Assembly: GCA_050084515.1 (NCBI GenBank)
Contig: CM114271.1
Span: 20,584,001 to 20,648,000 of the forward strand
Origin: Blasia pusilla
Taxonomy: Eukaryota
Length of the DNA: 64,000 nt
Direction of reading: 5' to 3'
In this document: positions 40,806-53,454 of the stretch, in pieces
Numbering within the stretch: position 1 is the first letter of the stretch
How the letters are laid out: every line of letters starts with the position of its first letter
Notes under the pieces: model-generated
What the model was told of the DNA's origin: nothing
What the model saw: the letters and a program-made list of their open reading frames with translations, nothing else
The model's database searches: none
Translations under genes and position numbers: made by a program

Positions 40806-41039
40806 ACCACGTCAAATATAGGTCCAAATCTCCTAACCAGGTAATCTCTCTACAAGCTATATTTGCATAAACTCTTCTACATCGTTTGGAAAACTCACTT
40901 TATTAATTAAACGGTACACCTCATGATGATCTCGCGGCGTAGTACGATGGCCAATTTATGCTTGATTACACATAACATAAAATCACTACAAAACTCGATG
41001 TCATCATTGCAACACTCGATCTATGAATGGTTACACTAC

Positions 41040-41430
41040 TCCCTTCACCAGCTTTGTCTAGAAATGCAACCAACTCTAAGTGTACCTCGTTTCATTTCTA
41101 ATCCTAGTCTTGTTCATTATAGTACTATACATAGGATATTTAGATATCTCAAAGGCACCAATGATAAATGTCTTAGATTCACAAGAGAAGAAAATCCCTC
41201 GAGCTCTCCCCTACTTGCTATATTGATGTTGAATTGGGAGGAGATGTAGACTCACAAAAGTATGCAATTGGTTATTGTATGCAATTGGTTATTGTTTCAT
41301 TCTAAGTGGAGGAGGGATGAGTTGGGCAAGTAAGAAGCAACAAGTTTATGCTTTACAGGTTTTGCGAAGTTGTAGTCCATGGCTTTGAGCAAGGGGACCA
41401 TAGAAGCTAGGTGTCTTTTAAGATTCGTAG
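41040..41430 (+). mobile_element. Ty1/Copia RT C-terminus/RNase H remnant
   Basis: Reads RFISNPSLVHYSTIHRIFRYLKGT, then after a frameshift D...GGDVDSQK..IGYC and ILSGGGMSWASKKQ. Copia consensus: SRFMxNP..H..A.KRILRYLKGT, YSDADWAGD.D.RKST.GY, SW.SKKQ. Confidence 0.8.
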
Positions 41431-42893
41431 GTGATATTGATTATGCTTGTTGCTATTATAGTTGCCCTTCACTTTGCTTCATTTCTTTTTTGTTGAAACT
41501 TAAGAGTTTCCCATTCTCAAAGCGTACAAGTGGGGCACCATATGTCTCCGTGAATACATGGGGGTGACAATGGATTGTTCTCTCATGGCAACGTTGTTCT
41601 CACTAGGATCCATCTTACCCAAGCAAATGCCTAGGCAATGACTCCGTGAGGCAACTTTGGTTAGGGTGAAATTTTTTTCCAATGGCTCTACCAAGCAAAG
41701 CCACAACTTTGACCATAAGCAACATGGAAAGTGTTCCAAAATTAAGATTCCCCGAATTTTAAAATTTTGCAGGGTGCCCAAGCCAATGGGCTCGTGTCTT
41801 AGGAATCTGCCGCTACAAAAGGCTCTCTTATGGATAGTCATGTTTATTTAAACGTAACTAAGATCCTTACTAATGTTTGGTGAGCTGAGCTTGTAGGTCG
41901 TCCCCTTTTTCCTTTGCGTCTAGCCGTAAGAGTTCTCTACTAATCACCCTATTTTTCTCCCATTTTTTTTAACCCAAGTCTTCTTTCTCAAAAGAATCCA
42001 AACGTAGATATAAGGACTTCAAAACCCACCCCCCTGGGTAGTCGTGGCGGCATATCAAGAAGTATGTAGGGGAAACCTCTGCCCTCCGTTGATTCTTCCC
42101 ATGAGGATAAAGAACGACTTGAATGGCCGGACGTATAGCGTTGAACCGAGAGCCTCCTCTCAGTCCTACGCGAAATCTCTGAACCAAACATTCATGATCG
42201 GTGCGGATTCTGGACAGTAAGCACCCACTTCAAACGTGCAAGTATTACCTGATCACATGGTTCTCAAGTCGCGACTCCTCGGTCGATTGTGAGCTTTCAG
42301 TGCCATTCCTGACCAAAAATCTTCACGGCGGGTAAGACTTCCCGAGTTGCAGGCATCGCAATCGACTTTCAGTTTCCCGATGTGGGGCAGATAGGGGGAG
42401 TGCGAGCATTGTATGAGTGGCTATGGTTCGATCGCTAAACTTCGTTCAAAATGGAAGAATAGAGGGAGCCTTGTAGTCGAGCACGACGGAAACTGAGGGA
42501 AAATCTGCTCTATCTCAAGCAGTAGCAGGCAAGCCCGGGGTGCCAGTGGTCCACGGAGTCTTTATTGCAAAGTATGTCATCTGAAAAACGCAGAGGATCA
42601 TTCGTTTAAGTACAGGTGGAAGTGGTGGAGGGGAATCATGGAAGTTAGCGCCATCACGTGGCTTCCACTGGGCCAGAAGAGATTGAAAGCATTCATAATT
42701 GCAGCTCCGAGCTCCAAATTGTGACCGTCAAGTCTATTTGTACAAACAACATCCTATCGTCTATGTACATCCGCACTATATCCTAACATAGCTAGTCTAC
42801 TACGCATCTTACATGTCACGAGGAAAACCAACAGCTTACTTATGGCATTGGAGTCCCCAGAGAAGAACATACTAAAGTAAGACGGGTAATTCA

Positions 42894-45800
42894 CTAGATT
42901 GAAATGCTGTTGGGTACACCTTTCCCTGTGATGCCTGGCTGGGACCAAGGAAGTAGCAACTCATATGGTAGTATGCCTGCACCGTTCCGGTTCTTCAGCT
43001 CTGGATTATCGTTTCTTAACTTGATTTCAAGCTCAATGGCAGCGACGGCCTGTTGGAAGCGTTTGAAAGCTTGAAAGCCTCGGGGACAACCCAACCATTT
43101 GGGATGGGAGGTTTGGCCCAAGTACTCCTCATCAGGAGAATGAGTGGACAGAGACTCTATGACAGCCATCAATATAGTTGACTGCAGTTGGCCTGGAAGG
43201 GTGGAAAGAATGAACTGTTGTGGTCTCTTCAGAAATTCTTTCCACTCTGGAGTGTTAGGCTCAGGGATGAGCCGTCTGATGTGAGTAGGTTTGTTAGGCA
43301 TGTAGCCTGCATAAGCAAATTGTCCAAAGTTTACAGCTGCATGAAATCCCGAAGTGATCCACATCATGGTTGTCAGAATTTTCTTTAGTTCCTCCTCACT
43401 CTTCAGCTCTGGCCACCAGTCTTCGTCTTTCTTGTCGGCGTGGCCACGATACCTTATCTCGTGCCACCAACTTTGAAGCTCTGAATCGTTCTGGATGCTC
43501 TCAGGGTTCTCGTAGTAGATGGACACATACTCACTCACCCACGACTCTAAAGCAGACCATACAAGAAGACCGTCTGCGGCGAACGGGTAGTCTTCAATCA
43601 ACAACTTCAAACCATGGGGTGCGCTTGGATCCTCCACAGCCATTCCTCTGTAGACATTTCATATTTAGGAAGGTCAGAGTCATGTCAAAAGGATGACTAC
43701 AGCTTCGAATTGCTATAAAAGGAGAAGAAATGAACACAGCTGTAACCGAGTTAGAAGAAATTTCATAACGAACCCAGCAAGGTGGACACCTAACGCAACA
43801 CTAAATTTTCTTGAAGAGAGGCATGAGTTCCTGAACTTGGCGTGCCAATCGCGAGAGAAAGACAACGAACCTCTTCAGTAGGTCCTGGGGTAACCCTTCC
43901 TGATCAAATCTCCAATGCGCACCGTAATATGCAGAACTCATCTGCATTGCATTCGGTCCTGGTTGGAAACTTTTCTCTATGACTCCATCTGCGGAAATGA
44001 GACTCTGTCGGGCTGCAGCATTTATCTCCATAGTGTAGCGGAAGTGCGGATGAAGCAGTCTGTAGATCGGGTGCATGATGCTTAGTTGGCGATTTGTGGC
44101 AATAACATAAGGCTCCGTGACAGCGTGTGTCCGCAACCTATTTTCAATCAGTGCACAAGTCAGTAAAAGCCCAAGTCTAGTATGGCACAGATGCCAAAAG
44201 ACGATTCAACATGCGCTCCACTCATCGTTGACCACACGCTAAACAAAATGCACTTCGCGCTTCGAAGCATTACAGAGCACACGGTCGTTCAGAAAGTGAG
44301 ATAAACAAAAGCGTAGAAACAGTGATTAACGCAAATCTTTGTGCCCACAGTTTCTCAGACACAACGCCGGCAGAGGTAATCACCACAAAAGGATATGAAA
44401 AACAAGGCGGAAGAGGGAAGTTTACCAGTGACTAACGAGTTGATGATATCCTGCATCATTGCAACTGACATGGGCCTTAGCCAGTTGCCACAACCAGTGA
44501 TCAGTAGCACTATGGCCAGGAACAAATACTCGCTGACTTTCATTCGGGGGCGGAAGACAAAGTTCAATTACAAGAGGTTTCAATGTCCCATCCGATGTGT
44601 AAAAGAAAATTGTACGAGAGGCATATCCCTTGCGTTTGTCCAAAGAGTTGATCTTGTTGATAAACGGCATGAAGACATCATGGTAATCCAGGATGAACAA
44701 TCTCCCCTCATCTACAACCTGCAAAAGTACCACAACCCTTATTACAAACCGTGATGAAAAATCGTGTCTACAATGAGCCCACTTACAACTCGCCAACCGA
44801 GCTCTTCATACGACACTAGATAATGTTGTCTGAGATCTCAAACCATCATCCTTAATTGTGGCATCCCGACTTTCACCACACAAACACAAGATCAACGCTG
44901 AAGGGCAGAGATGTACATGAAGGACGGGCGATTCACCAGGACAAGATATACCTGTTGAACTGTCAGTCCTTCGAGCCGATCTGCAATGTGCTCAGTTTTG
45001 ATTGCCGACTCCGAGGGACCATACTCTTCTGGATCCAGTTCACTCACCGGCGGGAATGACTGCAGTTGTTGGAAAAAAACCGATCAGACTCGCAACCTCG
45101 ACAAGAAAAAGGTTTAGGACACAAGCTTGAACCTTTTCAATGAGAATAAGACACTCCGTAACTCCAGCAATCCCGAAACTGAAATTCTGAAACACGTCAG
45201 TAACGCGGGCTGTCAAGATACCTTCAGGCGTTGGATCGCACATGGATTCAGTCCAGCCAAAGTTTGACGTCCAAACTCATCGTCTCGTAGCCATGCAAAT
45301 TTATCTTCTGCACTCACAGGTGCAAACTCATCGGTCAGCTCTCTTTACTGATTCGATCTCACCTTGAACTGGTGCCAAACCCTGATATTCATTCAATCTC
45401 GACGACATTTTTTACTGTTTAGGTCATCGAACAGCTATTAGACAGGGTCCTTCAAACTAAAATCTTAATTAATGGCAGTGATACTGGGGTCTACCAGGAA
45501 AGCAGCAAAGATACAATCTGTCAAACCTCGAAATGATGAACTTATCTCTAGGTTCCAGGCCAAAAAGCTGACCCTAACTTCCGTCGGAGAGGTTAGCAGG
45601 CTAGTTCACAGAGCAAATACGAAGCTGGTGCAAAGGCTCCAATATGTGACCCTGTGGAACTCATGCCACAAGACGCGTGGAAGCCCTTCAGAAAAACTGG
45701 TCATAGAAATCGTCCGTCCAGTCTCTCCATCCTAATTGTACACGACAGTGCGGGGACTGGACACCAACTTACTGGAGAGTATCTGAGGTCGTGGATAACG

Positions 45801-48317
45801 CAGAATACTCGGTTGCTCGCTGCTGGCAGATGTTACTGCTCGCACGACATCTGGTATCATAGAATTGAAGGGCATATCCTCGAGGATACGGAAAAATCCC
45901 CCACTGTCGATGGTCTTCTTTAGCTCAATACCCTCACAGTACAGGCGATCTATCTCGTCAAAGCTGTCAAATTCATCGGGTGAACCCAAAAAGTGATCGC
46001 GGATCTTAGGGACAGACTGATGGACAAGTCCTCTGATAGCAGTATTGAAGTAACACTCCTGTTTCATAGCCTCAAAAGCTTCATCTCTAGGCACATAGGG
46101 CGTGTTTTTCCCTTCCAATCGGCTTTCCTTAGAAGAATCTGCAAATCAGACTGAAAAAATCAGCTAATACTTGGACCAAAAATTAGGGAAGTCCACCTAA
46201 AATATGTTAATCACTGGCGAGTAAGAGTGTCACTCTGAGCACGCATGACAAAAATGGACAGCTAAGAGTTTCTTCTAAAACGAATGACAATAAAAACCAA
46301 TGTAGACAGTGTGTGCACCTACACCTATCCGATGATCTTGAACAGAGCCATACATGAGTTCACTAATCTTTACTCAAGTATCAAATTTCAATCCCATTCT
46401 ATGCCTCATGTCACTAGTATTCAGCTCTACCAGAAAGTCGTTAGTCAGCGCAATCGAAAAACGACATCAGACACTGAAAATCGCATTCAAAGTGAGAGCA
46501 AGCACCTTTCTTGGAGGGGGGTCGGCCAGTACGACAACGACGAGGATAGGGAAACTCTTCAGATCCACCCAAGATTGGCCTGTCCAGTTTGATGTCTTTA
46601 TCCACCGCACCAAGATCGTTGTACACCTCGTAGTCGTAGATGTTCTCCCAGTTTATACGCATACCTGTGCCATTACTTTGGAGAGACTTCAGATCTTCTT
46701 CACGTAAATCTTGCAACCCCTTTGGAGTTGAGGATGGCAGATATATCTGCAGGAAGTCAATTAAGTACCATCCAGAAGTGAGTGAGATTAGCAACACCCA
46801 AAAAAATGACGCCAAACTAGGCAGTCTGACGTCTAGGGAAAACAGAATTCGCCGTTCCAACAGTCGGGGATCTGGGACGGGAAATCCCCTTGTTTAATAG
46901 GTAGACTTATCAGAAGATATGCGACTAGGGGTTGGACGTGGGTCTTGTACAAACAAATGAGGGAGAGGCTGGAAAAGAAAGACGACCAAGTAGCCCACGA
47001 ACTTGGCACAATTCTAAATCACAGTACCAGGTAAGCTAGTCGACAACACACGCAGATTTTAAACTTCACAGTAGATGGTTATGTGGAGTTCCCAACGTCA
47101 GGGAAGCCGCAATAGATCGAGTGCATGAAATTCCGCACATGTAATGGATCCAGGCAGTCCAAATAAGCGAAATTTATGGGGAAGAACTTTTGTAGCTTCC
47201 AACATCATTCACATACCTGATTGCTGAAAAAAACCCGTTGAGCTGGATTGTCTTTCACTGAATGCATCCAAGAGTTGCAAGGAAAGTGTATTGGGCCACT
47301 TTGATGACCTTCCAGTGCAATTGTTTCTAAGAAAAACTCGTTTTGGTGTCCGTTGATGATTATAATCGCCCCAGGAGTGCCGAAACCCTTATCAATTACG
47401 AACTCAGCTAGGTACTGCACCTTGTCCGCGACCACATCCGCTTTCTCGGCCCAGTTCTTTATTCCTGATAGTCTGCTGCGCTTACCAACTTTCGTAGCTG
47501 CAGCACAACAAATATAAGCGCCCCCGCTCAGTCAGAATTACTGTAAAATCTATCTCATCGATGGGATAGTTGCGGTGCTTGGTAATTATTGGGGCGAGGC
47601 TTAGACAAATCGGCTCACAACCAGGTCTGCTGCTCCTACGAAAAAAAACCGGTATTACTGCAATTTGTTGATTGAGAGGTTTAATACACAGCTCGATGCA
47701 GTGATTTGAAGGAGAACACAAGATTTTTGGCCACTCCCGAAATTAAGTTCTCGGGAGAAAGGAAACATAGTCACGGTAAGGCTGCGAAAAAATAGAGATT
47801 ACATACCGGGGTCGATATCCAAACTGACAAGCTGAAGACTGACATTTTGACCGAGAAGATCGGCGAGAACATCCATACGATCCATCATCATTTCGTCCCT
47901 ATCCGGTCTCCTTTTCTTCCTGATTGTGATCTTGGCCAGTAAAGTGACCGCCGATGGTTCGTCAGTACGGATCCTTCCATTTCGCGACGTTTCTGCGCTC
48001 GTTGTAACACCGTTCAAAGGTAATTCAGATGCGGAGCTCCCTTTCGTCCTCACATCGTTAAGAGTGGCATGGGCAATGCCATGTTTCATACATCTGTTCA
48101 CACTTGGTACAGAGTATAGGTTCTCTCCGTGAAATTTGGAAGGGCGAGCGGGAACCCATGCGGTCTTCCTGACGGCGGGAAGACATTGAGTAGGCTTGCT
48201 CGAAATATGATTCATGGTCGAGTGGACACCTGTGCGAGCACACATACCCAGATAGTCATTACAACCTTCGGAAAGCACAGAATTCGAACCAACTCTTGAT
48301 TTGCGCGAAGTGTGCAT
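42894..48317 (-). CDS. LOX: Lipoxygenase, type II 13S-LOX (likely plastid-targeted); about 968 aa
   Basis: Nine exons: 48317-47807, 47497-47217, 46746-46506, 46138-45773, 45307-45222, 45059-44952, 44718-44426, 44137-43871 and 43647-42894. All are GT-AG, phases are consistent, total 2907 nt. PLAT domain ([25 protein letters not shown]) followed by YPRRCRTGR and [17 protein letters not shown]. Iron ligands lie in [20 protein letters not shown] and the terminal PNSISI. Confidence 0.96.
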
Positions 48318-49467
48318 TTATGCAAGGGAAGAGAACGATGTTCCCTACGGTGCTAAAGTTTCATGAGCGATTTTCCAACCAGGAAACAATGCTTTCGCTC
48401 TTTGATTCATTATGGGAATCACCCATAGCGGTACTTGAATTAGTCTTGAAATTGCGCGAGTGCACACATTAGAGGATTTCCTTCCTTAGGCTAGAATCAC
48501 ACGCTTGAAGGCCCGAAAGATGCATCCATCCAAACCACAACTGTGATTGCCTAGCTTGGAATGGAGCTTAGCGGTTCCATGACGAACACAAGGAAAGAAG
48601 GAAGGCACCGAAAGAAAGCACAAAGGCTCCAATTAATCCCTGGCACGCGAAGGCGTACATGTATTCAGGAGTGTCGACAACTTCAGGGCAAAACCATCCT
48701 ACCTGCAGCGGCACTCCCAGACGCGGCCATCTCCTGAGATTTCTTAGCACATAAAGCACAGCACTTCCAGAAAAGCACCCGCCCGGATGAGCGGAGGATT
48801 GACAGAAGAACTGGATCTGAATGTAAAATCCGCAAGGCGCCTCAAATCTTCCTGGAGACTGTCTGATCTGAAAGTGACGAGAGAAGGAAGCAGGAGCAGT
48901 TCAGCTGGGCTTGAAATCCAGTGCAGGACTGGACGGGACGAGACTAGTACGTAATGGACAGATAGAGCCGGATCCGTATCTAGCTGCAAGAGATGTGCAG
49001 CGCATCTCGTTCAGCGAAAGTTTATACACACAGCCACCCCCACAGTCCGATCAGAGCTGCGAGAGCGATCGGAACATACGAACTGCAAATGTATCCATAC
49101 AATCAGTCTACACAGCGCGTGCTACCCAGCGTCGAACCAAATTCCGTGTCTGCGCAACCACGCTAACGTCCATGGTTCCTTTTCTTCCCGCATCCTGGAA
49201 TCGTCCCAACCTCCATGAGGATTCCGGACTTGCGGATCCGCTACAAATTTCAACAGCCACCGCGACGTCAGCGCGAGCCCCGTCCGTCGCGGCCCCCATT
49301 TTGCAGGCCAAGCGCCCAAGGGACCCAGGTAACGCGACTAACGCCCCTTTGGGTCCGCTTTTGCTGGAGAGTCGAGTCAACTCACGCTCCGAGGTGTGAG
49401 ATGTTGGCACACAACATACGGAGATATTTTGAAGTCTAGAATTTTTTTTATTCATCCAGATTGGGTA

Positions 49468-51510
49468 ATTCAATTTCTCGTGCGATCATCTTTGAAGAGT
49501 TACGTTGTGCATGAGGATAACTTGCGAGCCTCATTCCATTTGTCCGCTCCTTCTATGCTTATGATATGCTCGTTATCTATTCTCATCATGCTACTTCTAG
49601 GGAATATAATATTCTACAATTGGTTTGTGGCACACGTCAAAGTGATCCCATGGGTGGCCCACTCTTTGCCATTGTCCATTTTCATGCCCTCCGAGCATCA
49701 ACGCAAGCATTTTCATCTTGTCTTTTCCCTTCTATTACTGATGACACTCACATTATAGGTCCTCCTTCTCAAGTGGTTCCCGCTTATACCCATTTCGTGG
49801 AGCAACTCTCTTTCTTAAACCTTAAAGTCCAACCTAGTAAATGTGGAGTATGGTCTCCTTCGTGCCTTCCCTCAACATTCACCCCACCTACTTCTGAGTT
49901 TCCTATTTGCATTGAAGGGGTTAGAATTCTTGGGGTCTCAATTGGCTTCATCGACTATGTCTCAAAGTTCTTGGATGAGGCCCTTTTGAAAGACGTGGAA
50001 TGGCTTCATTTGTTACCTCATTTAGGGGATCCCCAAGTGGCTTATGGGATTCTCTCCCAATGTTTTCTACGACATCCTTCCTACCTTCTTCGCACTTGTC
50101 CTCCCACTTCAAGGTTCTTACATCGGTTGGCCTCTTTGACGCTTCTATCTTGGCAACTTTTGGTCAACTTCTCGGCCCAAATACTTTTGAGGAAGAGGAT
50201 GGTGTCTTTGCTTTATGATTAAGCTATCTTGCCTATTTCTTTTGGAGGGGTGGGACTATCTTCCACAATCACATCTGCTCCCGCAGCCTTTTTGGGGAGT
50301 TGGACGTTGGTAGCACCGATTATGGCTTCAAGGTTTTTCCAAGGAGATACACCTATCTTGATGGATCATATCGCCCATGTAGAGGAGGGGGACTTGTTAT
50401 TTCAACAACAACTCAGATCTACACGAGCTCTTCTTCCTCTTGCTACATAAGCAATTCTCCCTCCTTTCAATCAACTCATTACGGAAGGCCTTGATCGACT
50501 TCAAGAGCATATTTACGAGAATCTGCATCAAATCAACTTTTCCAGCATTCTCTACTCTCACGCTAATCGAGCTCGTCTACGTTCATGTGCGGGTACCGGA
50601 GCACATGAACTCTTATTCTTCTATTTCGTCTTCCTCGAAGTATATTCTCGAAAGCTTTACGGCTACGTCTTGGACTTCCCTATCCTTCTCTCTTAGGTGT
50701 GCCGAATTGTGTATGCGGGGATCCCATTGATGCCAAGGGTATCCATATTCTCCGATGTGCACATGGTGGAGAACAAACGGCCACACATGATGTCATTAGA
50801 GAGGCGGTAGCATCGGTGGCTCGTACTGCAGGATACACCGTTGGACAAGAGCAACTCCATGTCCTACCTTCAACCACACAAGCAACCTCTCGTCGGAGAG
50901 TAGATCTTGTTATGTCTCGAGGTGGATTCCAGACACTAGGTGATGTGGTGGTTGCTAATCCAACACGTTCTGACTTGGTGTGTCAAGCTGCACATACCAA
51001 AGATTTAGCGGCCGAAGCTGCAGCAAGAATCAAGGAGTTAAGTTATGTTGTGAGACATGCGACTGATGGATTTATTCCTTTTGCATTGGAAGTATTCAAT
51101 CATTTACATGTGTCTTTTGATACTTTCCTGAAAATATGTGTTCACCACTCCCTCGAGAATCATCACCTTGCCCCTTCCCGTAGTCCTTCTCTCTCGGTAG
51201 TTACTACGTATTTTCGGCAATGCATCTCAATGGCCTTACAACGTGCACAAGCCTTGGCATTGATACGTCATGCAGAGGTGGTAGGGGATCGCTCGCCTCG
51301 TCGTCCATTCACGTCTGACCAACCACTCGTGTTCTTGTCAGATTTGTTTCAGGCTATCAATCGTGTAGCTCATTGAGCCGGTGTTAGCATTGGCTTGTTG
51401 CCATTTTTTTTGCATTCTTTTATGTATTTTTTGACTCCTCTTTTGAGTTGTTATTACCTTTCTTTGTCCTCTTTTGAGGTTTATTTTATAATAAAGGGGA
51501 TATATATATA
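49468..51510 (+). mobile_element. 5'-truncated CRE-like non-LTR retrotransposon (RT, CCHC knuckle, restriction-like endonuclease), frameshifted
   Basis: RT motifs ISRAIIFEELR, GTRQSDPMGGPLFA and FPSITDDTHIIG, then LPISFGGVGL. C-terminal CVCGDPID..GIHILRC..G....THDVIR, followed by RRVDLV..DVVVANP..K..Y..FIPFALE (PD-D/ExK-type RLE). A T-rich 3' UTR carries AATAAA at ~51490 and ends in (AT)5. No APE domain is seen. Confidence 0.85.
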
Positions 51511-52682
51511 GTTTTGTGCATCAATCATGATGTGAAACTAATAGGCCACTCAAATCCGGGCTACAACCAAGTTAAGAGGCCCCCGGATGCCTTGGTTCCC
51601 GTGAAGCCCGTATGAAGAAACAGGTGTGCCGTTTTCCTAAACATTTTATGCACGTCTGAAAGAGATTTTTATCCACTTTCGGATTATATAAAAAAATCTA
51701 TACTATTAAAAAATATTAGAGAATAAAACTCACTCAAAATTTTTAATTTTTTATAATATAAAAAATATTAGTGAATAAAATTCACTCGTGTGAAGTGAGT
51801 TTTATTCCATTTCTTCCCTACCCGGACGTCTTCCCTACGGGGGAGAATTGAGTAACCCTAATATGCACTAGTACTTCGATGTCCGTGTGATGGACGAGAC
51901 TAGAGATATTAGAGAATGTGATATAGTATGAATATATAAAAAATTTATCATATAAAAATTAATTTAATTTCGAAATGGAAAGTTGTAAAAATGGCTAGTT
52001 TAAAAAAATTCTCTTAATTCCAAAATCAATCCAAGTGTATCTACTTGGTCACATTAAGGAAATAATTATTATTAGATATAAATCATAAAAATAAATACTT
52101 TCCACACCAATTAATTGTAAATACCCTATCTTCTTCACTTGGTTTTTGTATTATTATTGGAATTCATAATGAAATTATAATGTTGATGTCAAAAAAGTCC
52201 CTCTGTAGCACTCAAAGTGAAATACTTTATATTCTTTGGTGAAATTTACGACTTTTTTGGAAATGTGCTTCTTTAGCAATGTTTAAGTATGAGGGAGATA
52301 TCCTAAGTTAGTACCTATTTAATGCTTATAAGTGATGTTGAATGATTGCGCAATTTTGGTTGGGATTTATGCATCAAGAGAAATTTGATCATTGGTCCAC
52401 TACTTCCATGTCAACCAAAATATCAAGCATTACTCCCTCCTTGAAATCAAAGGGATCCTCAAGGATGGAGATGCCATGACTTATTACCCATCGTGAGCTT
52501 ATGTTTGATATTGTGCATTTAAGTTTTTGGTTTGGATTTGGGCAAATAGAGAAATTTCGTTATTGGCCCGCTACTTTTCTGGAAATTTACACATCAATCA
52601 TCAAAGGGATCCTCAAGGGACTTCTTGCACTAGGTAATTGCAATGCAAGATTGGACATCTTATCCTTTTGGTCTATTATGGA

Positions 52683-53012
52683 TCTATATTATTATGGGAG
52701 AACATCCATATTATTATGGGAGAGTGCCCTTATACCGGTGACATCTGTCCTTTTTGACATGTAGGTAATTGACATGTGTCGCTCTTTCTGAGTCAAACCA
52801 TGTTAGCTCCTCTGAAACGCACGAACTTTGTCTCCCTGGGCTCTCTTTCACCCATGCAGAGCACAGGCACCGGTAGTCTTCTTTATTTCCAAACACCTCC
52901 TTGATTGATTTGTGGCAATAAGGGGCCACAAAAAATATTTTGAGAATACAAATAGCAAGAAAAAAAACTTTAATCATAATTGACCTCATGTGTAGCATGG
53001 GTTATATACTAC
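52683..53012 (+). mobile_element. Mini-Helitron of the same family, copy 3 (diverged, with an internal insertion)
   Basis: Starts A|TCTATATTATTATGGGAG, and this start is duplicated at 52705. The segment 52878-52968 aligns by eye with copies 1 and 2 (CAAACACCTC..GTGG.AA..AAAATATTT..AGCAAGAAAAAAA). It ends with a CATG..CATGGG hairpin and a degenerate CTAC|T. Confidence 0.65.
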
Positions 53013-53454
53013 TATATTGGTGACAGTTAGTTGCAATAAAAAACCATGAGTGGCTTTTATTAATGAAGTCAAAAAAATTATGACTCTAGTCAAAATTAAC
53101 TCTTTGTCAATTGTAGTCAATGGGAAGATTTATGGAACATACTTACCTTTGATATTGCGGAAGGCAATAAACTTATGTGGCCTTCATCTTTCACGTGTTT
53201 TTGTAAACTCTCCACTTAAATATATTCCAGTAGAAAAATTGCATTCAATAGTGTGGAAAGGTTTGTGGTGGGAATGAGGCGGAAACCTTTGTAAAGGAGA
53301 GCAAATATTCAAATGGAGAAGGTTGGTGGAGGAGAAGTGCTTTATGAATTATAATGAAAAATCTCAAAGGAGGAAAAAGAAAGGTAATAACATCCCAAGA
53401 AGAGAATGAGACAAGAAATGTATGGAAAAGAAATGGAAACAAGTGAACTCAAAT

